NCBI RefSeq assembly: GCF_009914755.1
Contig: NC_060931.1
Origin: the human T2T-CHM13v2.0 reference genome, Homo sapiens
DNA: 64,000 bases
Direction: 5' to 3' (one strand)
Shown: piece after piece, positions 28,041 through 40,400 of the stretch
Layout: each line of letters begins with the position of its first letter
How positions within the stretch are numbered: position 1 is the first letter of the stretch
Made by a program: the position numbers and the translations under genes
The notes under the pieces: model-generated
The model's input: the letters and a program-made list of their open reading frames with translations, nothing else
Databases searched by the model: none
What the model was told of the DNA's origin: nothing

Positions 28041-29089
28041 TGAAAGCAGCCTTTTGTTTTACAGTTTGTTCTAAGGGAATTCAAAGCTCCACATCTTTTA
28101 ACGATTATTACTATTTGATCTAAAACCTTTTTGAAGTAATCTGCTTTGAATCATGTGAGGAGCTCAATGAATATAACATTCTTGGTAATCAGAGAATGGG
28201 ATTAAATTTTTAACTTGGATGGAGCAGTTCCAGCATGAGTTATGACGAAGTGTCTAGTGACCTGTTTTCTAAATGTTGAATTAAATCTGCTATCTGTATT
28301 TTAAAAGCTAATCGGTATATTTCTACCTAGCCCTTAAAAAGCCATCACTCATACTCTCTTTCCATCCCATCCCATCCCTTCTCTTACCTAAGTTACTTAC
28401 TTGCTATCTGCTATTAGGAAAAATTTTAAAATCCACTTATTGAACATGTACGTACACAAGATTACTTGGCTAACTATCAATGCCAAACAGTCAGTGAAAG
28501 GACACCCTTTAAAATAAGACTTTTACATCAGCAAGAAATGACTAGTATATTTTATTCAACTCAACAAACATCCACTGGGCACTTATGTTCAAAGTACTGT
28601 GGGTGATAGAACTAATAAGTTAGTAGTTTCTACCTGGAAGTAACTCACATTCTTTTTAAAATTTTTTTGGTCTGTTTCTTTGTCAGACCTTTAGTTTGTT
28701 TAATGGAATGTCACAAATTTCGGTCAAGTAAGGTGTTTTTGATTGATGGCAGTTCTAGGCAAAAACGCCTCAGTGAAGATGGAGAGCCCATTTGGGATCA
28801 GGATCATCCAGCCCCTCAGAGCAAGAGTATGGAGATCATATTCACAGTGGGTACCAAGACCTAGGCTTGGCGTAGGCATCACTTCTGACTGGGGAATTTC
28901 CTATAAACTGCGCAGACCAATGAATGACCACAGAGGAGATAGCTGGCGTGTGCGAGAAAGAGCAAAGATTAAGTGAGCCCAACATAAGAGTGCCTAGCAA
29001 ATCGTCTCACTGTGTGTGAGCCCAATGCATGGTGGCTTCTATTATTATTATTTTATTCTGACGAGCTTTACTCAGTGAAGATAGGCAAC

Positions 29090-29720
29090 TATTCAGTCAT
29101 CTATTTGTCAAGTGCCTGTAATGTAACAGGCGTGATACTAGGTATAGAGGATTTAACGGTGAGCTAGGCAAATCCAGTCATTGCCTTCACAGGACTTTCA
29201 CTTAGCAGGGGCTTCAGACAAGTGCATGGGCTAAACAGTTGAGTAAACGTAAACATGGTGAAAAATAGAGGGTGCTATTGAAATGTATTCACCTGAAGAA
29301 GGGAGGAAGAGATTCCTGGAAGAATTCCATTGGAAGACATGTTTCAGTTGAAAAGTAAGTAGGAATTGATTAGAATAGGAGGTGGAGAGAGAGGTGGACA
29401 GTGTTGCAGGCAGACGGAGCATCTGGGGTGACCACCCAAAAGTGAGGGACAGTGCCAGGCCCCAGGAACTCCTTTATGCAGCCCAGGCACAGCCAAGTGG
29501 GGCTTGGTGTGGGCCCTGACCCTCAGTTTGCTATGAAAATGTCTGGGCTTTATCCCAGAGCAGTGGGGTGCTATAGTTGAGTTTTAAATGGGGTGCTTAT
29601 CTGATGAAATACTTAGGAAGATTACCCTGGTCTCAGAGTGGAGACTGTGGTGGGAGGGTGGAGGAAGAGTGGCAGAATAAAGGCATTGGTGGGACGATGG
29701 CTGGAGCTGAGCAAGGGACT
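29090..29720 (-). mobile_element. L2 fragment
   Basis: attcagtcatctatttgtcaagtgcctgtaatgtaacagg...tgggctttatcccagagcagtggg...ttaggaagattaccctgg. Confidence 0.55.
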
Positions 29721-30489
29721 GACAGTATGGCCTGCACAGGCAGAAGAACACATGTGATTACGCAGAGGCGGGGCCGGTGGGGCCAGAGAGAGCCTCAGGG
29801 GGCTGAGCAGAGCACCCTTCTCTGCTGGGCCAGCCTTGGGATGATTTATCAGCAGAAAACTGGATGGATCTGTTTGTTCAAGGGCCCAGGGAAGACAGGC
29901 TTTGGGGAGCCCCATCACAGGCTGAGGACAACAGATGCAGCTGCCCCCTGAGAAACAACAGCCTCCACGTGTGCACCTCGGGAAGAAGTGAGTCACAGTC
30001 TTCTCAGTCACACCCAGCACCTGCTTAATGGCCACTTCTTCCAGAGCCAGCCTTTGAATATGAAAAAACAATAATCAAATGATCTTCTTCCCAGGAGTTG
30101 AGTCGGTACTCCTGATTAGCTCAGGGCCAACACTAAAACTAGAAAGCTGGAGGCTTTCTGGGAGCCAGGCTGCGTGGTGGCTGATGTGGCCACATAACAT
30201 TGTGATTTTTGACCCTTCCTTTTCTAAGTCATGCTGAGAACCCTTGAAGCCCCCTGCTGTTCTTCTGTTTTCCATTTTCTCCTTCCAGTACTCATTAAAA
30301 AATAAATAAATAAACTGAATGTGTAATTAAGCACTATGTTTTGTGTCCTTTTTATGACAGGTTCATCAATTCTACATGCATTTACTGAATGCTTACTAAA
30401 GGCAGGGCTGTATTTTACATATCATTCTTTGTGAAGCTACTGTTTTCACTTCGGTTCTGCAGATAGGTTGTGTGTTGAAGAATTTGTAG

Positions 30490-30851
<362 letters not shown>

Positions 30852-31537
30852 CACATACCTCATTTGACCCTGTGGTGTGAAGTTGCTATTCCTACTGTTG
30901 TTAACTGATGGCAGAACGTAGGTTTAAGGTAACCAACGGGGCTAGCATGCTTGTTGCTGAAGTATATGAATGCGGGAAAAACTCCTGGCCTCCCCACTAT
31001 GCCCTTGGCTCTGGTCAGTGCTGGGTGCAGCGTGCCTGCCATTTGCAAAGCAAAACCTGTAATCCCAGTCCGCATCATTCCCCTCCAGGCATACATTTTA
31101 TGCAGCTAAAGTAGTGTATAAAGTAGCTGATGGAATACTGTACTGCCTGGCTTCTTGAAATTTAGAAGGAAAACATTTCATTTAAAGTTACGAAACAAAC
31201 CAACTACTCAAAGGCAGAAATAAGGAGACAGATGATGAAAGGTGACAGAAACTTGACTGATATGACCATGTTAGAATTACAGAATTAAGAAGAGAAGTAC
31301 CAATTTTACAAATTACACGAAAGGCATTTTCTCTGAGTTGTAGAAAGTGAGTGTGAGCTGTTGTGTGGGAGCCTCTTGGTAGCTGTGAAGTACGGGTAGT
31401 CATGTCTGGAGTTACCCTTTCTGCCCCACTTCCAGTTGCTGGAATCATCACAGCCTCCCATTCCTGTGCAGCCTAAAGAATGCCTCCTTTGCCTCTTACA
31501 AGACAGATTCTTACGTTGAAGTTGACATCTGCCACCT

Positions 31538-31902
31538 GACTGCCATAACCAAATACCCTAGACTGGGTGGTTTAAGGCTGGGAAATCTGAGTTCAAAGTG
31601 CCACCAGCTGAGTTTCTGGTGAGGGCTCCCTTCTTGGCTTTTGTAGGTGGCTGCCTTCTTTCTGTGTCCTCACATGCCTTTGCTTGGTGCATGCATGTGG
31701 GAAAAGGGAGACAGCACGCATGAATTCTCTGGTGTCTCTTCTTGTAAGGGCACCAATTCCATCATGAGGGCCCCTCCCTTAGGACTTCTTCTAACCCTTA
31801 TTATAATGCCTCCCAAAGGTCCTATCTCCAAAGGCCATCACATTAGGGGTTAGGGCATCAAACGAATGAATTTTGGGGGGACACAAACATCAGTCCCTAA
31901 GA
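31538..31902 (-). mobile_element. MLT1A-like MaLR LTR
   Basis: gccataaccaaataccctagactgggtggtttaa...ctctggtgtctcttcttgtaagggcaccaattccatcatgagggcccc...gaattttggggggacacaaacat. Confidence 0.8.
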
Positions 31903-34532
31903 ACATCTAATTTGATGTTTTTATTTAAGCTAAAAGAATGCATTTTAACATTTTCGGGTTGGGGTGAGGGGGGACACCCACATTGGCTGTAGATAGTGCT
32001 TTTTGCTGGGTTTTGATTTTTCAGGATGAGGGAAAATCGATCTAGAGAGAAACAATGAAATTTCATTAAGAACTTCAAAGGGACTGTCTTCATAAAGGCA
32101 ATAGATGTGTTTAGAGAAGGTTTGGGGGATCAACTTACAAAGAGCATTCAAACTCTTCATTTTTTTTGTTCTCCCAGATTTATGGGAATGTAGTAGAAAC
32201 AGGCTTCCCAGTCTATCATGTGTCATTGAAACGCAAAACACAATAGCGTTTGTCTTGTTACAAACCAGGAGGCTGTAAATCTATTATTTATTTTTTATTA
32301 AAGGTGCAAGTTCCAGAGTGAGGCTCATGAATAGCCCAGAGAAATAGGAGATGAAGCCTTTCATCTCTGTTCTGTTCTTCCCCATGTGAGCCAGGTCACC
32401 AGTGATTGAATGGGCTTTCTGCTCTTGTGAAATATGTTTGTTTACCTGGACTATGTTCAAAAGGTAAAGAAACAAGAAAAGGGAAAGATGAGGAAAATCA
32501 CAAACCTGACTTTACATTTCAGATCCAGTTTCAAATTGTAATTAGAAAAAGCAACATTATTTCCAGCTGTCATCAGAATTTTCTACTAGACCAGGTGTGC
32601 TTTGGATCTCTTAAGGGATATTATAAATAATGTAGAATAATAATGCTGTGCCATTCAGACTTCTCTTTTATGCTCATCACCCCCAAATAGGCTCCTTGGC
32701 GTCACCGTTGTTTACGGAGTGCTGACAGTGGCCACACCCAGGTGAAAGCTTCTGGAGTTACACTGTGTACTTCTGTGTGACTCTGAGCTAGGTGGGGCCA
32801 TCTGCAAGTGAGATAAGCTGTGTGTTACCTGGTTAGAGAAAGCCTGTGACTTCCTCAGGGGAGTCGCAGGTACACAAAACATTGAGCAAAGAAGTCCCCG
32901 TTTGCAGTGGTCCAGTTAGAGATGTCTTGCTCCTTGCTATGTTTGCCTTTTGAGGAACTGATCTAGTTCATGGCTATCCAGAAAATAATTGGATTTTTTG
33001 GTTGTACTTTAGTAAATCTGCCAGTATCTTTAATTTCCTAGAAAAATGTAAGTCATAATATATTCTGTCATTTTTCTCCAGTGTAGGCAACGTTATCGAT
33101 ACCCATGTGACTTATGCATGGTGTGTATGTGGCTGCATTTTGCCTGTGTTGAGCCACGTGCACAAACTAAGAAGTGTTTCTTATTTGCTAGAAACAGGAG
33201 CTTCAGCATTTTGTTCCTGATGCTTCCTTGATTCAGGCAGAAGGTATTTACTTGTAAATTATATACAGTGCATAGTCTCTGCAAAGCAGAAGTTGGTTAC
33301 TATTTGCCGGGACTGCTTAAACCTGCCCTTTAGAGTAGCAGTTTAGTTTCCTCATAGCTGGTCGGGCACCTGAAGAAATAGTAGACTTTTGATGTGTATC
33401 CTTTTGCACTTCACCAAGGTGGATGGACTTCCATCATTTTTCATCGATGCCCTTGTGGCCACCCCCTGACATGACTCCTTATGCCCAATCCACCTTGCAA
33501 AGAGAGGACAGCACACACATCCTCCTGGAGCCTGGCCATACTGGAAGATTTCGCCTGCCTCTGGGCCCCATTCTAAATGAAATCCACACACACTCCTCCA
33601 TCTGGAATCGCAGACCTACTGCAAGACCCCCATAGCCCACCTTTTTATTCCCTTTCCTTACACTACTCTACAAATCATCACATGGTCCCAGTAACAATGA
33701 GAATAGCTAATAGCAGCGCTCTGAGATTGGTTCTGTTATTTACACCATTTTACAGACAAGGAAACAGAGACTTGAAGGATAGGTATCCAGGCCAAGGTTT
33801 TACGGCCTGAGCGTCATAGCATCAGAGTGGCCCATGATGTCTGACCATGCAGGTCTTCACTGAGACGTGCTCCCTTTACTGTTGCCCCTGGACTTCATGG
33901 GCTTTCATGCCCTACAGGATGGCTCTTTTCATGCTCTTCCCTCTTTCTTCATTGTTTGTGCCTCCACCTCAAGGGTAACCTTCTGTGCAGTAGGTCCATG
34001 ATGGAACCTCCCTCCAGGTAATCCTCATGGAACTCACTTTTGCTTCTGCTCTTTATTGAACCTGTTTTGTGTCAGATACTGTGCTAGGAGCTGTCAATGT
34101 CTGTTAGGTTAAATTACAAGGACATAAACTGAGAACTGAGCCCTTGAAGTGCTGTGAGGAAGGCATTTTCTGTGTTAGTAACGAGTGCACTGGCTTGCAT
34201 TCAGCTTTTGTATGGTCGTATTGTCCCCCAACCATGTTAGAAGCTTCCTGAGGGCAGAAACTCTAACTTCCTCATCTCCTGCATTGCCTGGCAGCTCCTG
34301 TCATGTCCGTACGCCTTAGAGGTGTGCGGTGACTGCATTGCTGATGTGGTTTAAAGGAACCTGGAGCTCTTAGAGAAATGATTAGAAGGAGCAAGAGCTG
34401 AGAGACTAGTGAAATTTATTCTTTCCACTCAACTTACAGTGAGAGAGGTGGCAATGTTTCTTTCTTTTCCTCCTTCCCTTGTTTTTTTGTATTCATCTTG
34501 TATATTTTCTCTCTCTAATTTGCATTATTTTT

Positions 34533-35524
34533 TATCAGGGGAACCCACCCCCAATATTTCAACATAGGTTCTTTCTATTTTCCATTAGCATACAAAGAGA
34601 GGAATTTTACAGTTGGGCCGCCGGGGGTGACATCACATATCGGTAGGACCGTGATGCCCACCTGAGCCGCAAAACCAGCAAGTTTTATTAAGGATTTCAT
34701 TAAGGATTTTATTAAGGATTAAGGGGAGGGGGTGCAAGAACAGGGAGTAGGTCACAAAGATCACATGCTTCAAAGGGCAAAAAGGAGAACTAAGATCACA
34801 TGCTTCTGCGGAAACAGGACAAGGCAAAACAGAACTACTGATAAGGGTCTATGTTCAGCTGTGCACGTATTGTCTTAACAAACATCTTAACAGAAAACAG
34901 GATTCGAGAGCAGAAAACCAGTCTGACCTCAAATTTACTAGTACAGAGTTTCCCAATCCTGGTAAGCCTGAGAGTACTGCAGGAGACCAGGGTGTATTTC
35001 AGTCCTTATCTCAACCGCATAAGACAGACACTCCCACAGCAGCCGTTTATAGACCACCCCCCAGGAATGCAATTCTTATCTTAGGGTCTTAATATTCCTT
35101 GCTAGGAAAAGAATTTAGCAACACCTCTCCTGCTTGCACATCCGTTTATAGGCTCTCTGCAGGAAGACAAATACGGCTCTTTTTGCCTCACCCCACAGGC
35201 AGTCAGACCTTATGGTTGTCTTCCCTTGTTCCCTAAAATCGCTGTTATTCTGTTCTTTTTCAAGGTGCACTGATTTCATATTGTTCAAACACACATGTTT
35301 TACAATCATTTTATACAGTTAACCCAATCAAAGTGGACCTGAGGTGACATACATCCTCAGTTTATGAAAATAACAGGATTAAGAGATTAAAGTAAGACAG
35401 GTGTAAGAAATTATAAGAGTATTATTAGGGAAGTGATAAATGTCCTTGAAATCTTCACAATTTATGTTCCTCTGCCGCGGCTCCAGCTGGTCCCTCCATT
35501 TGGTGTCCCTGACTTCCTGCAACA
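34533..35524 (-). mobile_element. MER11 (HERV-K11/HML-8) solo LTR
   Basis: Reverse strand begins TGTTGCAGGAAGTCAGGGAC and ends AATATTGGGGGTGGGTTCCCCTGATA; ~990 bp; 6-bp TSD with one mismatch (attttt 34527-34532, actttt 35525-35530). Confidence 0.88.
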
Positions 35525-35924
35525 ACTTTTCCTATATAAAGGGGGCTTATGAAAGTACTATCTTCTACTGAAACTATTCCAATAAATTGAGGAGGAGGGA
35601 TTCCTCCCCAAGTCATTCTATAAGGCAGCATCATCCTGATAGCAAAACCTGGCAGAGATGCAGAAAAAAATGACTTTAGCCAATATCCTTGATGAACGTT
35701 GATGGAAATATCTGCAACAAAATACCTGCAAACCAAGTCCAGCAGCACAAAAGGACTCCACCATGATCAGGTAGGCGTTATCCCTGGGATGCAAGGTTGG
35801 TTCAAGATATGCAAATCAGTAAATGTGATTCATTACATAAACAGAACTAAAGACAAAAATCACATGATTATCTCAATAGGTGCAGAAAAGGCTTTTGATA
35901 AAATTCAGTATCCCTTCAAGTTAA

Positions 35925-36047
<123 letters not shown>

Positions 36048-37122
36048 TGAAGACAAGGATGCCCTCTCTCACCAATCCTATTCAAGATAGTGTTGGAAGT
36101 CCTGGCCAGTCCTGGTTGTGGAAACAAGGGAACACTTACACCCTGTCAGTTGGAATGTAAATTAAACCATTTGGAAAGCAGTGTTGCAATTCCCCAAAGA
36201 GGTAAAAACAGGCAAAGAAAGGGCATCCAAAGAGAGAGGAAGTCAAAGTATCCTTTGTTTGCAGGTGACATGATTCTACATAAAAAAACTGGGTAAAGTC
36301 TGCCACACCCAGAGGTGCCTTGGGTGAGTCATCATCTTGGCCCAAAGTGTTCTTCAGCTGATAAACAATTTCAGCAAAGTTTCAGGATACAAAATCGGTG
36401 TATGAAAATCATTAGCATTCCTATACACCAACAACATCCAAGCTGAGAGCCAAGTAGGGAATGCAATCCCATTCTCAATAGCCACAAACATAATGTAATA
36501 CCTAGAAGTACAGCTAACCAGGGAGCCAAGAGATCTCTACAAGGAGAATTACAAAACACTGTTCAAAGAAATCAGAGATGACACAAACAAATAGAAAAAT
36601 ATTTCATAGTCATGGTTAGGAAGAATCAGTATCATTAAAATGGCCATAATACCCAAAGCAGTATACAGATTCAATGCTATTCCTATCAAACTACCCATAA
36701 CATTCTTCACAAAACTGGAAATAACTATTTTAAAATTCACATGGAACCAAAAGAGAGCCTGAATAGCCAAGGCAATCCTAAACAAAAAGAGCAAAGCTGG
36801 AGGCATCATGTTACCTGACTTCAAATTATACTGCAGGGCTACAGTAACCAGAACAGTATGGTACTTGTACAAAGACAGACACATAGAACAATGGAACAGA
36901 ATAGAGTACCCACAGATAAGGCCATCACACCTAGAACCATCTGATCTTTGACAAAGCTGACAAAAACAAGAAATGGGGAAAGGATTCCCTATTCAATAAA
37001 TGGTGCTGGGATAACTGACTAGGCATATGCAGGGGATTTTTTTACACCATGTAAAAAAATCAACTCAAGATGGATTAAAGACTTAAATGTAAAACCCAAA
37101 ACTATAAAAACTCTGGAAGATG

Positions 37123-37403
37123 GGCTGGGCGTGGTGGCTCACGCCTGTAATCCCAGCATTTTGGGAGACTGAGGCAGGCGGAGCATGAGGTCAAGAGATT
37201 GAGACGATCCTGGCTAACACCGTGAAACCCCATTTCCACTAAAAATACAAAAAATAGGCTGGATGTGGTGGTATGCGCCTGTAGTCCCAGCTACTCGGGA
37301 GGCTGAGGCAGGAGAATCGCTTGAACTGAGGAGGCAGAAGTTGCAGATGAGCCGAGATTGCACCACCACATTCCAGCCTAGGTTATAGGGCAAGACTCCA
37401 TCT

Positions 37404-37446
<43 letters not shown>
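37123..37446 (+). mobile_element. AluS (Sc-like) inserted in L1 ORF2, 42-nt pure A tail
   Basis: Full dimer; TSD aaaactctggaaga / aaaaccctggaaga. Confidence 0.95.
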
Positions 37447-37448
<2 letters not shown>

Positions 37449-38445
37449 CTGGAAGACAATCTATGCATTACCATTCTGGACATAAGAACTGGCGTTAATT
37501 GTATGATGAAGATGCTGAAAACAATTGCACCAAAAGCAAAAGTTGACAAATGGGATCTAATTAAACTTAATAGCTTTTGCAGAGCAAAATAAACTATCAA
37601 CAGAGTATGCAGACAATCTGTAGAATAGGAGAAAATATTGGCTAACTATGTATCTGACAAAGGTATATCCAGTGTCTATAAGGAACTTAAATTTACAAAA
37701 AAAACCTATTAATCGAATATGATAAATCAGTGCTATGAACTAAACAGATGCTAATCACTATTATTAATTAGTGGGCAAAGGACATGAACAGAAACTTTTC
37801 AAAAGAAGACATATGCAGCCAACAAGCATATGATAAAAGCTCAATATCACTGATCACTAGGGAAATGCAAATCAAAACTACAATGAGATGCCATCTCACA
37901 TTAGTCAGAATGGTTATCATTAAAAGTCAAAAAATAACAGATGTGGGCCAGGTTGTGGGGAAAGGGGAGCACTTACACACCGTTGTGGGGAGGGTAAATT
38001 AGTTAAACCATTGTGGAAGGCAGTGTGGTGATTCCTCAAAGAGCTAAAAACAGAACTACCATTCAACCCAGGAATCCCATTAATGGGTATATACCCAAAG
38101 GAATGTAAATCGTTCTACGACAAAGACACATATACATGGATATTCATTGCAGCAGTATTCACAATAGCAAAGACATGGAGTCAACCTAAATGCTCATCAA
38201 TGTTAGACTGGATAAAGAAAATGTGGTACATATACACCTCAGAATACTATGCGGCCATGAAATAGAATGAGATTGTGTCCTTTGCAGGGACATGGGTGAA
38301 GCTGGAGGCCATCATCCTTAGCAAACTAACACAGGAACAGAAAACCAAATATCACATATTCTCGTCAGTGGGAGCTAAATGATGAGAACACATGGCCACA
38401 TAGAGGGGAACAGACACCGGGGCCTACTTGAGGGTGGAAGCCTCC

Positions 38446-38925
38446 CTCAGGTAGGCCTGTCTCAGGTAGATCTGTCTCAGGTAGGTCTCCCTCAGGTAGG
38501 TCTCCCTCAGGTAGGCCTGTCTCAGGTAGGTCTCCCTCAGGTAGGCCTGTCTCAGGTAGGTCTCCCTCAGGTAGGCCTGTCTCAGGTAGGTCTCCCTCAG
38601 GTAGGCCTGTCTCAGGTAGGTCTGTCTCAGGTAGGTCTCCCTCAGGTAGGTCTGTCTCAGGTAGGTCTCCCTCAGGTAGGTCTGCCTCAGGTAGGTCTCC
38701 CTCAGGTAGGTCTGTCTCAGGTAGGTCTCCCTCAGGTAGGTCTGTCTCAGGTAGGTCTGTCTCAGGTAGGTCTCCCTCAGGTAGGTCTGTCTCAGGTAGG
38801 TCTGTCTCAGGTAGGTCTCCCTCAGGTAGGTCTCCCTCAGGTAGGTCTGTCTCAGGTAGGTCTGTCTCAGGTAGGTCTCCCTCAGGTAGGTCTGTCTCAG
38901 GTAGGTCTCCCTCAGGTAGGCCTCC
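38446..38925. repeat. 15-bp minisatellite, 32 units of CTCAGGTAGG(TCTCC/TCTGT/CCTGT)
   Basis: Direct count of unit suffixes: 14 TCTCC, 11 TCTGT (one with core GTAGA), 5 CCTGT, 1 TCTGC, 1 CCTCC; no indels. Confidence 0.99.
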
Positions 38926-39974
38926 ACTCTCAAGTAGGCCCCAGTGTCTGCTGTGGAGGGTGGAGGGTGGGAGGAGGGAAATGATAAGAAAATTAACTAT
39001 TGGGTACTAGGCTTTGTACCTGGGTGACAAAGTAATCTATGTAATGAACCCTCGTGACATGAGCTTACATAACAAACCTGCACATGTAGCCCTGAACCTA
39101 AACTAAAGTAAAAAAAAAAAAAAAAAAAAAAAAAGGTACCATCAGGGCTAGTCTGAGACTTCAGGGACTTAATTCCTCATTGTAATTTTGCAAATAAAGG
39201 AAATAGAGTTCCCTTTCACGTTCTCCAGGCTCTTCAGCCTTTAGTCTTCCCCAGCAACCCCTACCTGCTGTTTTCCAACTCAGAGCGTGGCAACAACTTT
39301 ATCATTAAGACCTCAGAGATGCTGAGTGGAAGAGAAGTGTGTGTAGGAAAAGGGGGGCAGATAACCAAGCAATCGTATAGGTAATGATCATGCATCTAGA
39401 ACTCCGAAGTGTGCTGCAGAGTGCATTCCCAAGTCCTTCCTTCTGTGACCCAGGTCTAGTCCTAAATGCAGAGGGCAGGGGTAGGGATGGGAGTAAAAGC
39501 ATTTGGACAAGGAAACTGATGTTGGAGACCGGAGGTATCGGTGTCAACACTCTGCAGGCCTCCAGCTGGTTCCTGCGTGTAGGCCATGCAGCAGCTCGAC
39601 CTTGTTTACAGCTCTCGGGCTAATGAGGATTATCATTTATGCCTGAGAGTATGTAAATTTGGCAGTTCCTGCTCTAAAATAACATTCTCCATCTTTCCGG
39701 GAGTAAACTGCTTTCTTAGTAAACAAATTTTCAGTGCATTATGTTACCATTTAGAAACTTTCCTCTTCCGGTGCCAAATTGCTCTTAAAGGTGAGTGATT
39801 CATAAAGGATATTTTATTTACCTTGAACTCAGCTTCTGTTTGGAACAGTATTAGAACACAAGGAGAGTCAGTAAACCATCGCTGGAAATATGTGAGGAGC
39901 TAAGACATTGGAATCCACATCTGTATTTAGATCTTGAGAGGTTGCATCTGTCTAGTTCATAGCACTGATTTCTT

Positions 39975-40400
39975 TATCATTCACTGAGTAACTAGTAAGT
40001 ACAAAACCCTCTACTTGGGGAGTTCCTTGAGATACAGAAATGAATAACATATCAGTCTCTGGCATCTGTGCTTCTACACTTTGGAGAGGGAAATAAAACA
40101 AGTAGTAAGAGGCAGGAGTCCCAGGTGCCCCCTGAGAGGCATGGCATGCCACAGAAGGCATTGGCAGGAAGACTGCGTCCACCTGCTTGCAGGGTCCTGT
40201 GAATGCCACCGAGAGGGCGGCATCTGCAACAGTAGAATTTATTTCACTGGAGAAAGAAGGTGGCAGGCATTTCAAGTGGAGGGAACAATAAGAGCAGAAG
40301 AAAGCATGGGACTTTGTGGAGCACAGAGAGGCCTTGTTTGCTTGGAGTGAAGGTCCCGTATCAGCAGACCAGGAAGGAATAAGGCTGGAACCCCAGTTTG
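39975..40400 (-). mobile_element. L2 fragment
   Basis: cattcactgagtaact...gagatacagaaatgaataacatatcagtctctggc...ggcaggcatttcaagtggagggaacaataagagcagaag. Confidence 0.5.

Noticed and set aside
38379-38984. 201-aa (QVGLP/QVGLS)n ORF and antisense 169-aa (LRETY/LRQTY)n ORF
   Set aside because: Openness follows from a stop-free 15-bp unit; the start and flanks are L1 3' UTR; no evidence of coding function.
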